Of a DNA stretch of 64,000 nt, positions 1-12,832 are shown piece after piece. The stretch is from Phoronis australis (taxonomy: Eukaryota; Animalia; Phoronida). The stretch lies in NCBI GenBank assembly GCA_002633005.1, contig NMRA01000317.1, forward strand, positions 450,614-514,613, given 5' to 3'. The position numbers and the translations under genes were made by a program. Positions within the stretch are counted from its first letter, which is position 1, and every line of letters begins with the position of its first letter. A model generated the notes under the pieces. That model saw only the letters and a list, made by a program, of their open reading frames with translations. It was not told the origin of the DNA and did not search any database.

Positions 1-340
1 AATGACGTATTTTGGTGTCAGAAAATTATTTTCCGAACGCAGTCATACATTATTTTTTATTGATCTTCCTTGTTCTGATAGAGTAGCTTTCTTAACACAA
101 CAATTTCTCGTCAATCGCATGTCCGGTTATAAAAAAGTAATTGCAGCGGTCTGGTACACGTTGTACCAGACGTGCGCAGGCCGCGCATGTGGGTCCGGTA
201 GTTAGTTTCATGCTTCTTCTTTAAAACCTCATTACTTTTCTGAGACGCTGCAGAGTAAACTTTGTGACGGCAATGCATGAACTTTGACCCTAAACCGTCA
301 AAGTTTTCATTCTCTTTGTCACCATAAATAATTTTGAGAC

Positions 341-510
341 CTGGGGCACGTTTCAAGAAACTGACTTAAGTTAATTTTTGACTTAAGTCTAAGATTTGTC
401 TAAAATTACAAACTTTGAAACTTCCACATCTGGTAAGATAGTCAAAATTTAGACAAAATGTAAGTCAAAAACTTAAGTCAAACTTAAGATCATATTTTGA
501 AACGGTCTCT
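341..510. mobile_element. Palindromic MITE (PIF/Harbinger-like ends)
   Basis: ctggggcacgtttcaagaa ... ttttgaaacggtctctag imperfect TIRs with internal inverted gacttaag blocks. Confidence 0.55.
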
Positions 511-895
511 AGACAAATTTAAGTTTTATCTTGAAATTTACTGAAAAAGTTGTTTTAACTAAGTGAGTTTTCTACGAAACTTATTCTTGTGGTACATCTA
601 GGGTATCATGAGAGGGGTGCCTCACCACAATGCTCAAACGACATACGTTCTTCACCGTCCAAAAACTTCGCAAAATATTGTTCTGGCACCGTGCTTTGCT
701 TAATATGTAGAAGAGGAGACGCCTCGAACCTCTATGAATTTGCCTACAAAGTGAATGTACCTCGGTGCTAATGATTAAAATAATAATGATGAAATGAAAC
801 TGAGAGCCTCAAGAATGACATTATTGCTACTTTCTTTTGATTTTTAAAATTGAATGAGTTAAAAAGTTCTTTAAAGTATCTTATTTTCTTGTCAG

Positions 896-1001
896 GTATT
901 TTGCTATACTGCACCCGCTGAGGATAACAGACGCTGACAAACGTGGCAAGTTGATGCTAGTCGTATGTTGGATATTCAGCGCCCTCGCCAGCATTCCAGA
1001 G
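896..1001 (+). CDS. GnRH/AKH/ACP-type neuropeptide GPCR, internal exon (end of TM3 DRY motif, ICL2, TM4); upstream exons lie before the window
   Basis: Acceptor ttttcttgtcag, donor gag|gtaacc; phase 2 to 0; translates (R)YFAILHPLRITDADKRGKLMLVVCWIFSALASIPE, typical of AKH/GnRH receptors. Confidence 0.92.
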
Positions 1002-2079
1002 GTAACCAGTTTAGGATGTTTATAAATACTCCTACACACGTACAAAACGCCTGGCATTCCAACCAAAGTGTGCTCCTCAACATTCTAACCACTTAAAAGG
1101 CATTTCAGTTGAAGAAGACCTTCACGAGCTACCCAAAATCGACACTCAGCGTGAGTGACGTTTAAAGCGGTTACAAACCCGCTTCCCACCATAAAAAGAT
1201 ATTTTGATTCAGATCACTTACCTCTATGAAACTGATCTCAAAATGTTCTTTAATCAAATTAGAGGTAATTTCAAGACTTCGAGGCAACCGAATGTTCGTT
1301 ATTGGCTGACACCAGGGCAGAGTTCAGTTGCTGTCTTGCGGCTAGAAAAATATAGCCAAAAATCACACGGTCTTGTATCACCCGTAGTCTCGCGAAGTCT
1401 TGGTTTTCCAGCAATGTCCTAGCCATACTGAACTCTATCCGGACTGCTTGAGTTGGCACGTCACGGAGGGTCATGTCATGAAATAATGGTCTCACAGAAT
1501 AATGAACAGTCAGTTCTTTGCAAGCTCAGAAGACTCTTCCAATCTAAATAAGGAACGAACTGAGACCAATTCATATCAGTAAGTGGTATATATCAGAAGT
1601 TCGCTTTGGTTACGGAACGCGTGCTTATGAAAACACGCATCACCGTAAAAAACTTTTAAACGTTCCAGATGATTTTTTAAAAACGCCTTAAATTTCAGTT
1701 AAATGGGTTTCAAAGCTGATGTCCAACACATGTTCGCATAGTAGTGCACGTGTAACAAACAATCAAGACGCATTTTATGAAAACAAAAAATATATATTAG
1801 TGAAACAAACAAGGCTGAAAGTTACTAAATATTTATATGTTAGTGATACCTTTTGACTAGCGAAACTCATCCGATGTTTTTAATTGGTGAATCAGGGTGA
1901 ATGTACAGAAAAGTGTATCCTTAAATGAAACTACAACTCAATAAGATCCTCTGCATCGGCCATCTTGAAAAGAAATTTAAATCAAAGCGATTTCGATTGG
2001 ATGAAACCTACCCCTTGCCCGCTACTTTTTTGAGAAAAACGGCTACTTTTTATGTTTGGGGAAAAGCGCGCATGTCCCT

Positions 2080-2165
2080 TTGATGCCGCTCTACAACGCA
2101 TGATGTCATGGCACGTGCAAGATTGATGCCGCTCTACAACGCATGACGTCATGGCACGTGCAAGA
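2080..2165. repeat. Tandem duplication, 2 x 43 bp
   Basis: ttgatgccgctctacaacgcatga(t/c)gtcatggcacgtgcaaga twice, one mismatch. Confidence 0.9.
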
Positions 2166-3176
2166 GTTCCTGTTATCATTAGCAACTATAAAGACTCAGA
2201 ATCCAGTACGTACTCCAGATCAATTCACAATGAAGATCTGTGGGATTAATAGGCCCTCGTCACAGCCTAATCTTTATAAGCCATTTGGTTGAAACCCTGG
2301 CCCTTGACTAATCACAGCTAAACTTGAAAAAAAAACGCCTGTCTTAAAGGTCAAAAGTCCAAATTCTGACTACAAATAGCCAAAGTTTGATTTTAGTGTT
2401 TAATACGTTTCTACGGATTCCTGTCTTTCAATTTCGTGTTTCAGCCTTAGCTTGTTTTCGTTAAACAGGCTAAGTCATCCGTAGACTGATTTTTAGCCGA
2501 AAGTCAAAAGACAAAAACCAATAAGGACTTCGAGAAAAGGCCCCTGGTGTACAAATATGTGACGTGGATTTCCAAGGTTTGGACAGATAATAATCGATCA
2601 CTAAGCACATAAATGACAACATTAATTATAGAATAGAATTAAATAATAATAGTAATACATCATTTCAATTGCAGTTTTTACAGTTGCACAAAGTGACATA
2701 GTTTTGCAAGATGCACGAAACAATCATGACGTCTATTTTCGTGCAGATTGGTATTTCATATAGAGGATATGATACTGTATTTAATACCTAGATTACTCCC
2801 TGATGCCAGGTTTTCCAAGCAACTCACTCCACGCGTGGAAATCGAAACATTTAGCACTGGATAACCGGAAATGGCATGAATAGGTTTACGCAATAGTACA
2901 ACCCACGGTTGCCCACGCGCATCTCCCTTAGTGGTCTCACGCTTTGGTATGACTGGAAGCAGCTGAATGAACAAGAGACGTTGTCCTGTAATACTGCCCA
3001 TGCCGACAAAGTAACGAGTCTAAGAGTACTAAATATGTGAAAAATGATCTCCAGGCATGTTCTGTTTATTGATTTGTAAAGGTATAACTGTTAACTAAAC
3101 GTGCATAAATGAACAAGGCAAGTGTTCAGTATCATTTATTTCCAATCTCAAATAGGTTCCACGAACCAAATTTTAA

Positions 3177-4808
3177 AGGAGAATGCTACCCAAAACACAA
3201 CCTATTTGTATCAATTTAGATAGAGTAGTTCTACTCGATAACGGCCCGTTCGGTTGCGTTACCTGACACCTGACGGCAGACGGAGGTGTTGAAATTATCC
3301 AATGACGTCATTGGTTTCACACGCAGTCATTTCAGCAGTTCACAACACGGGTTACTGGTGTCAGCTTATCGCTTGAATTCATCGCTTAACAGCAGTAAAT
3401 CATCAAACTTCGATGTAAAACCCTTAAAAATACACCGAGTTTTATTTCGCTGCTGCGGATTTATTGGTATTTGGACCCACCGTAGCCTACAAAGTTCGGC
3501 AGGCCAATTTACCAGGTCCGAATCAGGAGTTCGGGGTACGTTCGGAGATAAATTTAAAGTATACAGACAAGAGAACCAAGATCTGTGTTATTTACACTTG
3601 TGTTTTTTTTAGTTCTTAACACACAAAACGCTTGTTATCGCGGCCAGTAGCTCGGAACCCAATCAGGCCCGTCGCGGCCGCCGGGACTGGCACGAACATA
3701 AACCAGCTTGAGTTGGAAACTAAACCTCCAGTGACGAAAAGACTAAAATAGTGAGCCAAAGAAATAACGTGCACGTAATTATTTATGTGAATTAGACACC
3801 AAACTGAAAAACTACTTACTTGTCGGGGACCGCGAAGTCGGGTTCCCCTTCCACAGACCGTCCGGTCAGGGCAAAGGTTGTACAGTTACAATGATTTGAA
3901 TAATGTATTTGTATTTCTAAATAAAGATTCCCCTAACATGTGACCATAGCATATAAAATCGAGTAACTATTTCACAACAGCTTTCTGTCAGCAAACATTG
4001 AATTAGCAGGCGCTCACACGGCCTTGATGCCCGGTGTTACCTTTATTACCGGCATCAAAAGCTGGTAACGCAGTGGTTTATTCATTGCTGGCTTCTCAAC
4101 ATTTGCACTCACGAATAGTACAAAGGCATTGCAAACTGTATCTAATGAGACAGACTTTGTTTCAGTTTTATATAAGCATTGATTAGGATGAGAATAATTC
4201 ATTTTGAAACAGAACGCAGAATAATAAACGTTTACATTGCAACTCGTCCGACGCCAATCCCGACTTAGTCAAGAGCTCATCGGACGAAGACTTCACGGGT
4301 CGGATCGTTAGGTTTCACAAGCTATCAGTTCGAACCGGAATACACCGATCAAGAAATACTAGAGAAGCACCGTGAACATGCACAGGCAACGGAAAGTATG
4401 GATAGTTCTTTGGTAAGCCGGAATTCGTCAGAGACATCAAAGTCGACGAAACACCGGCCACAGACACGGAGATGTTTCACGGCCTCATACTTGCTATTAA
4501 CAGCGTACCTTTCATTCTTCACTACCGCGAGCCACTTTCTAAGCATTTGGGGCTCTCGAGAAAGTCGAAAAAACTATATACTCGCTTTCTTCGCAGCTTC
4601 GTAGTTAGAACAAGCGGGAACGATGCACCACAATATAGCGGCATTCACTCTGCTGACGAACCACTGACGTCGGTGCGTCGTTTCTCACCTTCCTCACAGG
4701 TTAACGCGACACCTCTTGGCAAGGTGAGGTCGACCGTTTTAGAGGCAATGTAGATATAGACCAATTAAGAAGGTAAAAAAGACTAATTAAATTGGGTGGC
4801 ATTCTCCT
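3177..4808 (+). mobile_element. Non-autonomous DNA transposon, Kolobok-like (TTAA TSD, AG...CT termini), copy 1
   Basis: ttaa|aggagaatgctaccca ... tgggtggcattctcct|ttaa; colinear with 53314-54998; no recognisable transposase ORF. Confidence 0.85.
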
Positions 4809-5918
4809 TTAAGCTGTTTACTTGTCTCATCTTTTTTTGTAATGGAAGGCGTGTTTGTAGCTGTTTTAACATGTCTACATACTCGCCTTCCAGCAAATAA
4901 CAACTTTTGAATGAAATCACTTGCCGTTTTCGAAATTGATCTGAAATTGTTGTTTAGTCGAATTGGTGGTGATTGTAGGATTTCACAAGAACTGACACCT
5001 TGTTGTTGCTTTAGACCATTTTCTTCAAATTGGCGAGATCTCACGAAACAACGAACTGTCAGTTCTTTGCAAACTCAGACATCATCCGTTCTTAGTAATG
5101 ATCAGATCAAGACCAATTTTATGTCGTTAAGCGGCCCAAAATTAAATGTTTACTTCCTGGACGGGCGTGGGGTTACAGGCGTTTTAAATTTTTGGTTCCA
5201 AAAATCCAAAATCAGTTTAGGCTCTACACATCAGTTGGTGCAAGCCCCATCTCAACAGTCAACTGGCACACCACAGGTTTGTCATTGTTGGTCTAGTTTA
5301 TTGGCACTCCCTGTACCTGTCTGTGGCTGCGCTTCATCACTTGTTGCTGGGCCTAGCTAGGTGGTCAGTATATTCTCTCTTGTGATGATGGTGTTTGAAT
5401 AAATGACACGGAAACATGTCAAGTCTATTTAAACCGTAGTTGTTTTTATTAATGTTCATGGTTATGCCGTTTATGGCAGTGAGCATGTCAAAACCATATT
5501 ACTTAGGAAGTCGGGCTAGGTTTGTTAATTTCATCACTACGTGTTTGCGTTCGCGTGTTACTTAGACATCCAACTAGCTATGACAAAAGACCTATGTTAA
5601 TAACGGTAATTGTCAATCCTAGTCTCCATACAAGCGAAAGTAATGAATTTTTGCGTCCGTGGCGTGTATTAATTCTCATACTGTGACTGTTGCAACGGTC
5701 ACAGTTATGCGTTACACGCACGTGAAATTCATTATACAACAATGAAAAACAATCTTCAAGTTCGTAATTGCAAGTAGTTGATACCTAAAAGAAACCAACC
5801 CTGTTACAAATTCTGGTCAACAGTAGGTTTCAATACAAATTGTCAATTTGTCTCTGTGTTAGTCAATCCATTTGTCAGCCCGTCATTCATTAATTCATCT
5901 GCTGCCCCTGACTATCTG

Positions 5919-6345
5919 CGTGTGTTTGTGTGTGTGTGTGTTTGTGTATGTGTGTGTGTCTTCTGCCTATGAGTCTGTAGCACTCTTTGTCAACCGGTGT
6001 ATCTGTGCGAGCAGTTGTCTAACAATCCATCCCATACATCCATCCATCCATCCATCTATCCTTCTATCCATCCACTCATTCTTCACCCACCCATCCATCC
6101 TTCCATTCACCCACCCACCCATCCATCCATCTTTCCANNNNNNNNNNNNNNNNNNNNNNNNNNNNNNNNNNNNNNNNNNNNNNNNNNNNNNNNNNNNNNN
6201 NNNNNNNNNNNNNNNNNNNNNNNNNNNNNNNNNNNNNNNNNNNNNNNNNCATCCACCCATCCACCCACCCATCCATCCAGCCACCCATCCATCCATCCAC
6301 ACTCATTCTCCATCCATTCATCCATCCATCAACGCATCCACCCAC
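5919..6345. repeat. (TG)n followed by a (CCAT/CCAC)n microsatellite spanning an assembly gap (6138-6249)
   Basis: Directly visible; explains the HP/WMD-rich spurious ORFs. Confidence 0.95.
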
Positions 6346-9109
6346 AGACATTTTGATGAAGAAATAAAATCGTCGTACTTTAAATAGTTGTTGTGATATG
6401 CTGTTTTACTACATGAGACTTTTAGACAACTTATGACCGATTGGCGTTCTAAAGTTATTCTGCTGCAAAAGTTGTGGTGCTATCTTTTGCGTCGGCTTTC
6501 CGCACCATAAAATTTTGCGTCACCTATTGGCCAGTACATTGTCTCCCAATTCCTCAATCAACTGTTCTTCTTCCACGAAGTTGCATACATATCACAACGA
6601 ATTATCGGAATTGGTTTAATTGCATTACAAGTTTTTATTATTTTGATACTAGCAAACCGAATTTCAGAACGAATTTTGCGCAGTGATCCATCAAAAAAGA
6701 TTGTAAATGCGTTGAGTTCAGAAATTCCGATAACACCGTGTTGATGGTACAGACTAGACTATGTTGAAATTCTCCCACAGACAAGTTGCACGAGTTACAC
6801 CGATAAAAATTAAATAACAAAGTCAATACAATATAATTTACGTTTTATTATTGACACTTTTTAACAAACAAATGCAGAAAACAACTGGAAATTACTTGAA
6901 GATGCTTTAATTCGAAATTTGAGGCTACTGACATCGTATCAGAAAATTTGAAAAAAATGTCCTGGTTTCCCGTCCGATCCCAGCGGTTCCCGTTTTAGAG
7001 GTCGGGGTTTGTGTTTTTCGGGTTGGTTAGCTGTTTTGAAGGTGCAGGGTCTGATTTCGACTCTGGGATGCCTGTTTTTCACCACGATTGCAATTTCGAT
7101 GGAATCCCTTGTTTGCAAGTGACTTATGAAAAAGTCTAAACAATTTCAAGCTCTAGCGCATCAATTCATATCTGATCTGTACTGTTTTGCGCCATATTGC
7201 CCAAGGCAGTTTCGTTCATTATTATATTGACATTCTGTGAAGTTTGAAATAACTGACATATAAGCATGTGATAAGAACACGGCTTGGAGGAATTACTAGA
7301 TTATTACTATATTCCGAGGAAGTAACAAAAGCGGGGAACACAGGCATTGATTCTGAGATGGTAAATTTCAATGAATTTCACGGCAAGTTTATGACGTAAC
7401 AACCCTGCAGCTATGACACTCCACGCGTTATTTAGGTAAGAAGTAAAATATTCGAGCTTGTGAGAATTTTTCTACACTGTGCACATAAAATCTATCTTAG
7501 TGACAATCTTTATTTTGAAAGTCATCGGTGAATTTATGTCCTGGACTGCCGTCGTGATAAGCTGATACGCCTAACTTGGTCGACGGATAAATATGGTTTG
7601 GAAAATAGCTTACAGTTCATGCAAGTAGCATCCACGTGACACGAGTAAAAATAAAACCTTTGAAGTGTTCAAATTTCTTTTCAATCCAGCAAATTATGTT
7701 TATCTTGTCAAAAAAACGTACTTATTTCCCCACAACAATTGCTGAAACACAGAACGGTAACTTTGGCTGTTGTCGGCTGATGCGTCGTTTCGGGTTACGG
7801 CGTCAGTCAGTTACCTCCAGTTAGTTGTACTTTCGTTGTCGAGCGGAAGTAGTGATTGTCTACCTCGCCTGTATCATAGCAAACCTCAGGGAGGTTTCAT
7901 AACCGATCTTTGGATTTTTGTGACGCTTTTCAAAGTAATCTAGTCACAGAAAGACCTACTTCAATTCATTGCTACCACACCAAATGGATTTCAAAAGGGT
8001 GGATGGCGCTGTTCTGAGGAAGTGGGACTAATGTTCTCGCTTCCACTTAATAGTTTTACGTCTTATATATGTCGCGCGACGCATTGTTCAGAGGAAAACC
8101 GAGGCGACTCTACGCCCTCAGGAAAAGAGTTTTTGGTCAGCACAAAAATTTCACCACCCTACTACACGATTTCTTCGTGGATTTTTCGCAATATTTTAGG
8201 CACTTAAAACACTAAGTAAAATAATCATGGGGATGTTATAATAAATAATATTTTGACTGCTGTAAAACTGAAATAATTTCGCCTGGCTGTGAACCTTGTT
8301 TGAAAGCACGCCTTTTCTTGATACAAACGCGGATTCCATGTACTTGGTATCGATCCAGTGTTAGTTATAATTGGTACGAACGCTTTTGAATTCAATGAAA
8401 TTCGATAATGCTATGTTTTGTATCAAAGGAGTTGTCACATGCGGTTCATCTATGTAATTACATCTGTGGCATTCGTCACCATGTTTAATGACGATCAGTA
8501 TGCAGTAAAAACATCTTTGATATGGATATATTAACCCTATTAGTTCAATACTTCATAATTCAACTCTAATTGATTCACTCATGCGTCGCGTCAGCTGACA
8601 GATGGATTAGTTTAAAGAGCCATTATCGATGAGAACAGTGGTTTTCTGTGATCAGGCCCATCGTGAAATGGAACTTGTAATCTCTGCAGACGCAGTCCGA
8701 CGCTTTGCTAAGCCCGTCCCCAGTCACCATTCAATGGCAGAGTAATCCAAGTGTCAGGGAATGACCGTCAAACGCTTTTTGTAATTTAACCAAGGAATTA
8801 AAGGGACGTTATTGACGAGAAAAGTTATTTTCTGAGATCGTCAGTGCCGACTCGACCCTCCCGGGCTCTATTCCCGCGGTCGCAATCTAACGCTCTGTTA
8901 GGGAAGCTAACACCCATTCTTAAGAGCATGTTCGCGAATAGACCAGGCAGAGGGTGATAAACGCTATGTCACAGATTCTCTTTATATTTTGTTTGTGAGA
9001 TGACATTGGCCCCACTGACTCCAGACCAACTTTATTTTTTTTCAAAACGCCCCCTTTTGGTTTCCATGGATACTATTTGTTTCCGACAAGTTTTCAGCCT
9101 GGCGGTAGN

Positions 9110-9237
9110 AGGGCAGAGTATTAGCCAGGATTTAGCACGTCAGACATTTGCACCCCCGTACTGCCAAATGGAATCTGGGAGAATTTTAGGAGGGGGAGCA
9201 TGACCCCCCTTGCCCCCTCCTCTTAAATCCGCCACTG
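9110..9237 (+). mobile_element. ~150-bp CAG...CTG MITE family, partial copy
   Basis: gggcagagtattagccaggattt...aaatccgccactg; 5' end broken at an N. Confidence 0.8.
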
Positions 9238-10066
9238 GGATCATTTAAATGTATATTATACAAAAAATCCGGTTGAATTTGAGTTTTAGCCGTATTATCG
9301 TCAAACTCGGGTCCAACAACTTTAATTGTTATCCTAATTCACACCAGAAACTAATGAAGAAAATGAAATATTTGCTGCATGTTAGGAAGACGAATTAATA
9401 TCTATTTCAGTAAGGCTTGCATATTTTGGCGTGTATTCCGCGGTGTACGTTCATCATTGCATGTACTGTGCGTTGCTGTCTGTATTACCAATAAACGAAA
9501 GCTCGGTAATTTTAACCAGGGCATGAAAATTATCAACTAGTCTGATTACCAGTTCAAGTGATGTGGCATATGGTTTGAAAATTATATTGTACTGACGTAA
9601 GAATGCCATTCGAACAATGCGCGTACTAATGGCGAAAATCTCCACTGCACCATCGTAACGCACAGTTCTCATTCCAAAGCTAAGGAGTTCAGCCATTGCA
9701 AATTTGTGCTGAATGCAATAGGAAAATTCCAGCACACAATGTCCACCCTATTTATTTTTACACTTGGGTACTGTCATATGATCCTTAACGCATCAGTATG
9801 TGCTTGGGTACCTTGCGTCAGGAGGAGTTTTTGGTGTCTATACAAGCACACGTGTACCTGGATTAAATAAGAGAGGCAGCGGTAAACATTGTGCACGCCA
9901 ACCTCTAGAAAATTTACACGCTTAGCGGGAAACACCCGAACAAGAAAAACAAACTGGTTTACATCAAAACACGCGTTGCTCATCGTGACTGATGATCATA
10001 TGGGAACCTATTTTGTGGAGTGCGTGTAAAGTAACTCCCATGAGCTAGGTTCTCTCACCCTCATAA

Positions 10067-10194
10067 CAGGGGCGGATACAGCATTTTGAGTAAGAAGGGA
10101 CAGGGCAGAGTATTAGTCATGATTTTGCCAGTCAGACATTTGCAACTCCGAACTGCCAAATGGAATCTGGGAAAATTTTAGGGGTGGGGCATGG
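10067..10194 (+). mobile_element. ~150-bp CAG...CTG MITE family, copy with deleted right part
   Basis: caggggcggat...; flanked by cataa/cataa. Confidence 0.8.
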
Positions 10195-10610
10195 CATAAC
10201 GTGTACTTAAGTGCTACCGCAAATTCAAAACCAACACCTACTTTATTTCTCGGAAGTCGGAGAAAATTTGCCGGTAATTAAGACATTAGCAAATCTAATT
10301 GAGATAAATACTAGATTCACTGACTTCCTCGGTCGAGAATACTTTTGCTTACGCACATACCCGAGACGATACCACCTGCACTAATACCACAGAGTCAAAA
10401 TACACATTCAAGGCGATTTGAGCTACGTGAGAGGGAAAAATTCCGACCCGAGTTGACGACAAGTTCCGTGGAAGAGCCGTAGCTCCTTACAGGAAAACTG
10501 TTCTCGTTCCTCATTGGCTTGTGCGCGCCAATGTTGCGACAGGCACCGGAAGCCTGTTTGAAGACTGCGAGGAAGCGAAGTAACCACGTATCATGGTAAT
10601 AGCACATAAG

Positions 10611-10760
10611 CAGCGCAGCAATAAAGAGTGGGGGGGGGGGACTATAGCCCCCAACCCCCCTGTGGTGCACCTCTCATAGACCATGGGCGACGCAACAGTG
10701 AAAAAAGTTGGGGGGGGGACTACAGCCCCCGCCCGGCTTCCTATGGTGCACCGCGCATAT
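10611..10760 (+). repeat. G-rich dimeric interspersed repeat; inverted copy at ~33714-33854
   Basis: ggtgcacc-catagaccatgggcg core with gggggactatagccccc hairpins, shared in reverse orientation with the 33.7-kb copy. Confidence 0.65.
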
Positions 10761-10874
10761 AGCACGAAATATACAAGTCCATAGTACTAGTTACCAACGA
10801 TTTATCAAAACACTTTGGATTTGAAGGTAAATATCAACCAAAGGTTTACTACTTAGACAGTACTATACATAACA

Positions 10875-12832
10875 CGGCCAGATTAACTACATTAATTCGC
10901 AGCCGACAATTCAACGAGGCGGAACCGGAAGGGCTCCCACCAAACACAGTCGTACGAATAACACTGCAATGGCGTGATTGCCTCTTCTGTCACAGAAAAT
11001 GAGGTAAACTTACACTACGAACGGGTAGTAGAAAACAAAAACAGTAAACACAGTGCTAATAAGATTCCCAGTTACTATGGCGTTAACAAAGTACAAAGTA
11101 AAATCAGTCATAAAGCCAATCGTCCGTTTGCCAATGAGGTTTGTGGCGCTGCCTTTGCGATCTTCTCTGGGCCTCTGGATTAGCAGGGAAGACGGGGGTT
11201 CAACAGCAGGCGTTGTCGTAGAACCAGACTGGCGGGATGCATCAGGAGGAGGAACGCTGTTGGATGGCACAGCTGGGGCGGCAATTGGGCCACATGAAGA
11301 TAGTACACCGTCGTTGCACCATGGAGCTGGATCGCAGGACGAGGGCAACGATGAAACGGAGATTGGAACAGCGGAAGACGTTGGGAACTCGTCGTCGTCA
11401 TTGTGGCCACAAGGGGCAGTGACAGGTGATGCAGCTGGAATGTCAGTAATCCCTGACGGAACACGGTAACACTCGCTGCGTTTGACACGGTAAGAAGCAT
11501 TACCTAACTGATCTCCAGAAAATTTTCGAACACTCAGCCACATGCCATCGGAAGCAACCACGAGGTATCGTGGACGGGCTCTGGTCTTGTCCCTATCAGA
11601 GTAGAGGTAAACGAGATCGCCGATGGATGCGTCGCATTCTACTGCCTGGTTGGCCAAAGGAGCCTTGGATCATGTACTGGGTCCATGGTTGATGAAGCGC
11701 CGTTGTCGTTGGGAAGAGATCAACAAGTTGTCATGAACTCGCATGGGAGCCAAGTAACCTGACGGGATTTCAGTTTCGCACTGAAGAAGCAGCAGACACG
11801 TGGCGTGTCCTCACGAGAGAGATATACTGTACCAGCGATGCCCGGGTCTTTAGCGGAGGCATCCATGACTATCCACAGCTGATCGTCCGGTCTGGGTAAA
11901 GTTTTATGCGTGGACAATGCCTTTTGGGCTGACGTGAAGGCAACATGTAACTCATCGGTCCAGGTAATGCGTTCTTTGGAATCGCATCCCAATATAGCGG
12001 AGTCCACTGGGGCGATGAAAGAAGCACAGTAAGGCAGGACTCTCGATATAGCTTTCACGGCTCCGATGAAGGATCTCATTTGCCGAACAGTACCAGGTTT
12101 GGGACAAGACTAGAGAGCTAGCTCGTAAAGTACCCATTTTCCAAATCCAGCCGAGGACTTCTGTGCGTCGTGGGGCTATCACTGTCTTTGTAGGAGATAG
12201 ACGGAGATCCGCCGTGGACAATGCATATAGCACCCATTTCCAGTTGGTAATCAAGTCTGTGATAGTCTTACCACCACAGTATAGGTCGTCAGCAAGCTTG
12301 GTGACGGCTCCTTCTTCCAAAAGCTCTCCCAATACACGACACGTCAATTCTTCCAAAGCGGTTTCCGAACCGGGCATACCCATGGCGCAACGTGTAGACA
12401 CGGATACCTCGGAAAGGTGTGGATACGCCACAATATTTCATGGACTCTCGTGACAAAGGAATTTGATAGAAGGCAGAACGCCGCTGCGATTCAGGGGTGT
12501 CGTCGGGGTCGTCGGTCATACCACGCAGTGGAGCAGCGGATGTATTTTTTTTAGCCAACTAACGCCGTCGACAAGAAATGGCGCAAAGTGAGGGTCCAAT
12601 GAAAGGATGTAATAAATTTTGCCTCCAGCTATCAAATGAAGTAATGGTCTCATTTTTAGTGAGCGGCCACTGTTTTGGAGCTCAGGTTTTAGCCATGTCG
12701 CTGCCACCACGCCAGATTAACTAGACAATGAGTTGTAAGTTTAACGAGTTTAATTCGCAGCCGACAATACAACCAGGCGGAACCGGAAGGGCTTCCACCA
12801 AACACAGTCATACGAATAACACTGCAATGGCG
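10875..12832 (-). mobile_element. Internally deleted Gypsy/Ty3-like LTR retrotransposon
   Basis: Direct repeats 10875-10974 and 12710-12832; PBS tggtggcagcg at 12709-12699; disrupted gag N-terminus (APKQWPLTKNETITSFDSWRQN); RT (AFYQIPL...[12 protein letters not shown]...[10 protein letters not shown]); RNase H-like (WIVMDAS...FFSAKL...WLPCE); post-integrase segment (GDLVYLYSDRDKTRARPRYLV); frameshifts and large deletions; flanks aaca/aacg. Confidence 0.88.

Noticed and set aside
4349-4753. ORFs shared with 54559-54894 as a transposase
   Set aside because: Frames differ between the two TE copies; no DDE or THAP motifs visible
5778-6387. Long HPSI/WMDG-rich ORFs
   Set aside because: Translations of microsatellites and an N gap
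11010-11657. 215-aa ORF as a host gene
   Set aside because: It is the post-integrase end of the LTR element pol region running into low-complexity sequence
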